Origin: the human T2T-CHM13v2.0 reference genome, Homo sapiens
Direction: 5' to 3' (one strand)
Length of the DNA stretch: 64,000 bases
Assembly: GCF_009914755.1 (NCBI RefSeq)
Contig: NC_060937.1
Of this stretch, positions 58,827 to 64,000 are shown piece by piece. A program made the translations under genes and the position numbers. Below the pieces are notes generated by a model. The model had not been told where the DNA came from and did no database searches. It was given only the letters and a program-made list of their open reading frames with translations. The first letter of the stretch is position 1. Each line of letters opens with the position of its first letter.

Positions 58827-59015
58827 TTAATTTTATTGGACATAGGGAGAATTACCTGAGAAATAGTACTTTAATGATTTTAAGGCATAAAGAATTTTAT
58901 ATTTAACCATTAAATCACGGACTCTATGATAACCTTTCTTTTCTGGCAATGATGGTACCAAAACCATAGGAAAATACTCTGTTAAACCTGGTGGACTTTT
59001 GCTGTCTTTTCCCTA

Positions 59016-63190
<4,175 letters not shown>

Positions 63191-64000
63191 ATACAATTAG
63201 TGAGTTCTTTTTCACGTCAGGGAATTGTCACTTTCCTTCCCTCTGCCTGGAAGACAGTGCTGGAGACTCACAGCCAAAGTACATACTCAACCCTTCCAAG
63301 TTTTTATCATAGGATCTTATTTATTTTTTCCATGGTCCTTGCACAATCTGAAATTGCCTAGGATGTGAATTTCCTAAGTACAGAGACTATGTGTGATGTG
63401 TTTACTGCTGTCACACTGTGCTGGCACAAAGTAGATGATCAGTGAACACCTGTTGAGAAATGAATGCCTAGGAAAAAAAAAGAAAAGGACTTTCTTGGGC
63501 CAAACTGGCCAAAATATGGAAGGCTCAAAGGAATATAAGTAATGTGTGTACCAGCATTCTGCAATTTTACAATCATATTCAGATTTTGGGGGTTAATATT
63601 TACTACTTGGCAGAGAAATGCCTTTTTGAGATCATAGGTAAAATGCTAGGGGATTGTCATTCTGCTAAGAAAGCCTCTTGCAAGGTCTTCTGTGATGAGG
63701 ACTTTAGATCTTTAACATAAATAACAGGTAGGGAAACATCAGAAAAACTAGTTTGAATAGATCAGGTTTCCTGAAAAGGATTCTTTGTGTGCTCTACGGC
63801 AAATTCTGTGGTAAAATCCATGTGTACACTTTCCAATAGGCTTTGCCATAATAACTAAAGTTTAATCCACTATTAAGTATATAAAAAAAGCAAAGGGAAG
63901 CAAATAACATGTTTTTTAAAATACGGAATTTTAGTTATAGCCCTAAATTAATGTCATATTCCCAAGGGACTTATAATGCATTTGAAATTTAAATAGCACA

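Overview
Primate (probably human or great-ape) genomic DNA that is intergenic and dominated by repeats: about 30 Alus, L1, L2, MIR, hAT DNA transposons, and MaLR, ERV1 and ERVL LTRs. I see no spliced protein-coding exon, RNA gene or CRISPR array. The one credible protein-like ORF is an intronless, CpG-rich POM121-like (POM121L12-type) retrocopy on the minus strand (ATG 40096 to stop 39353, 247 aa, intact). The most unusual structure is a nested composite at 28967-52860. (1) A MER41B-type ERV ends just past its polyA-signal position in an A-rich tail, so it looks like an L1-processed retroviral RNA. (2) It is split by a 19.2-kb block bounded by one 15-bp L1 target-site duplication (TSD). (3) Inside the block, about 3.4 kb of the L1, with two identically placed Alus, occurs twice, and the two copies bracket about 9 kb of foreign DNA carrying the POM121L ORF. 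Other points are a 240-bp unique-sequence direct repeat, an orphan CpG-rich element with a CTCF-like motif, and retained tandem GAS motifs in the MER41B LTR. Repeat subfamily names come from my recollection of consensus sequences, not from RepeatMasker, and boundaries are approximate (about 10-30 bp).
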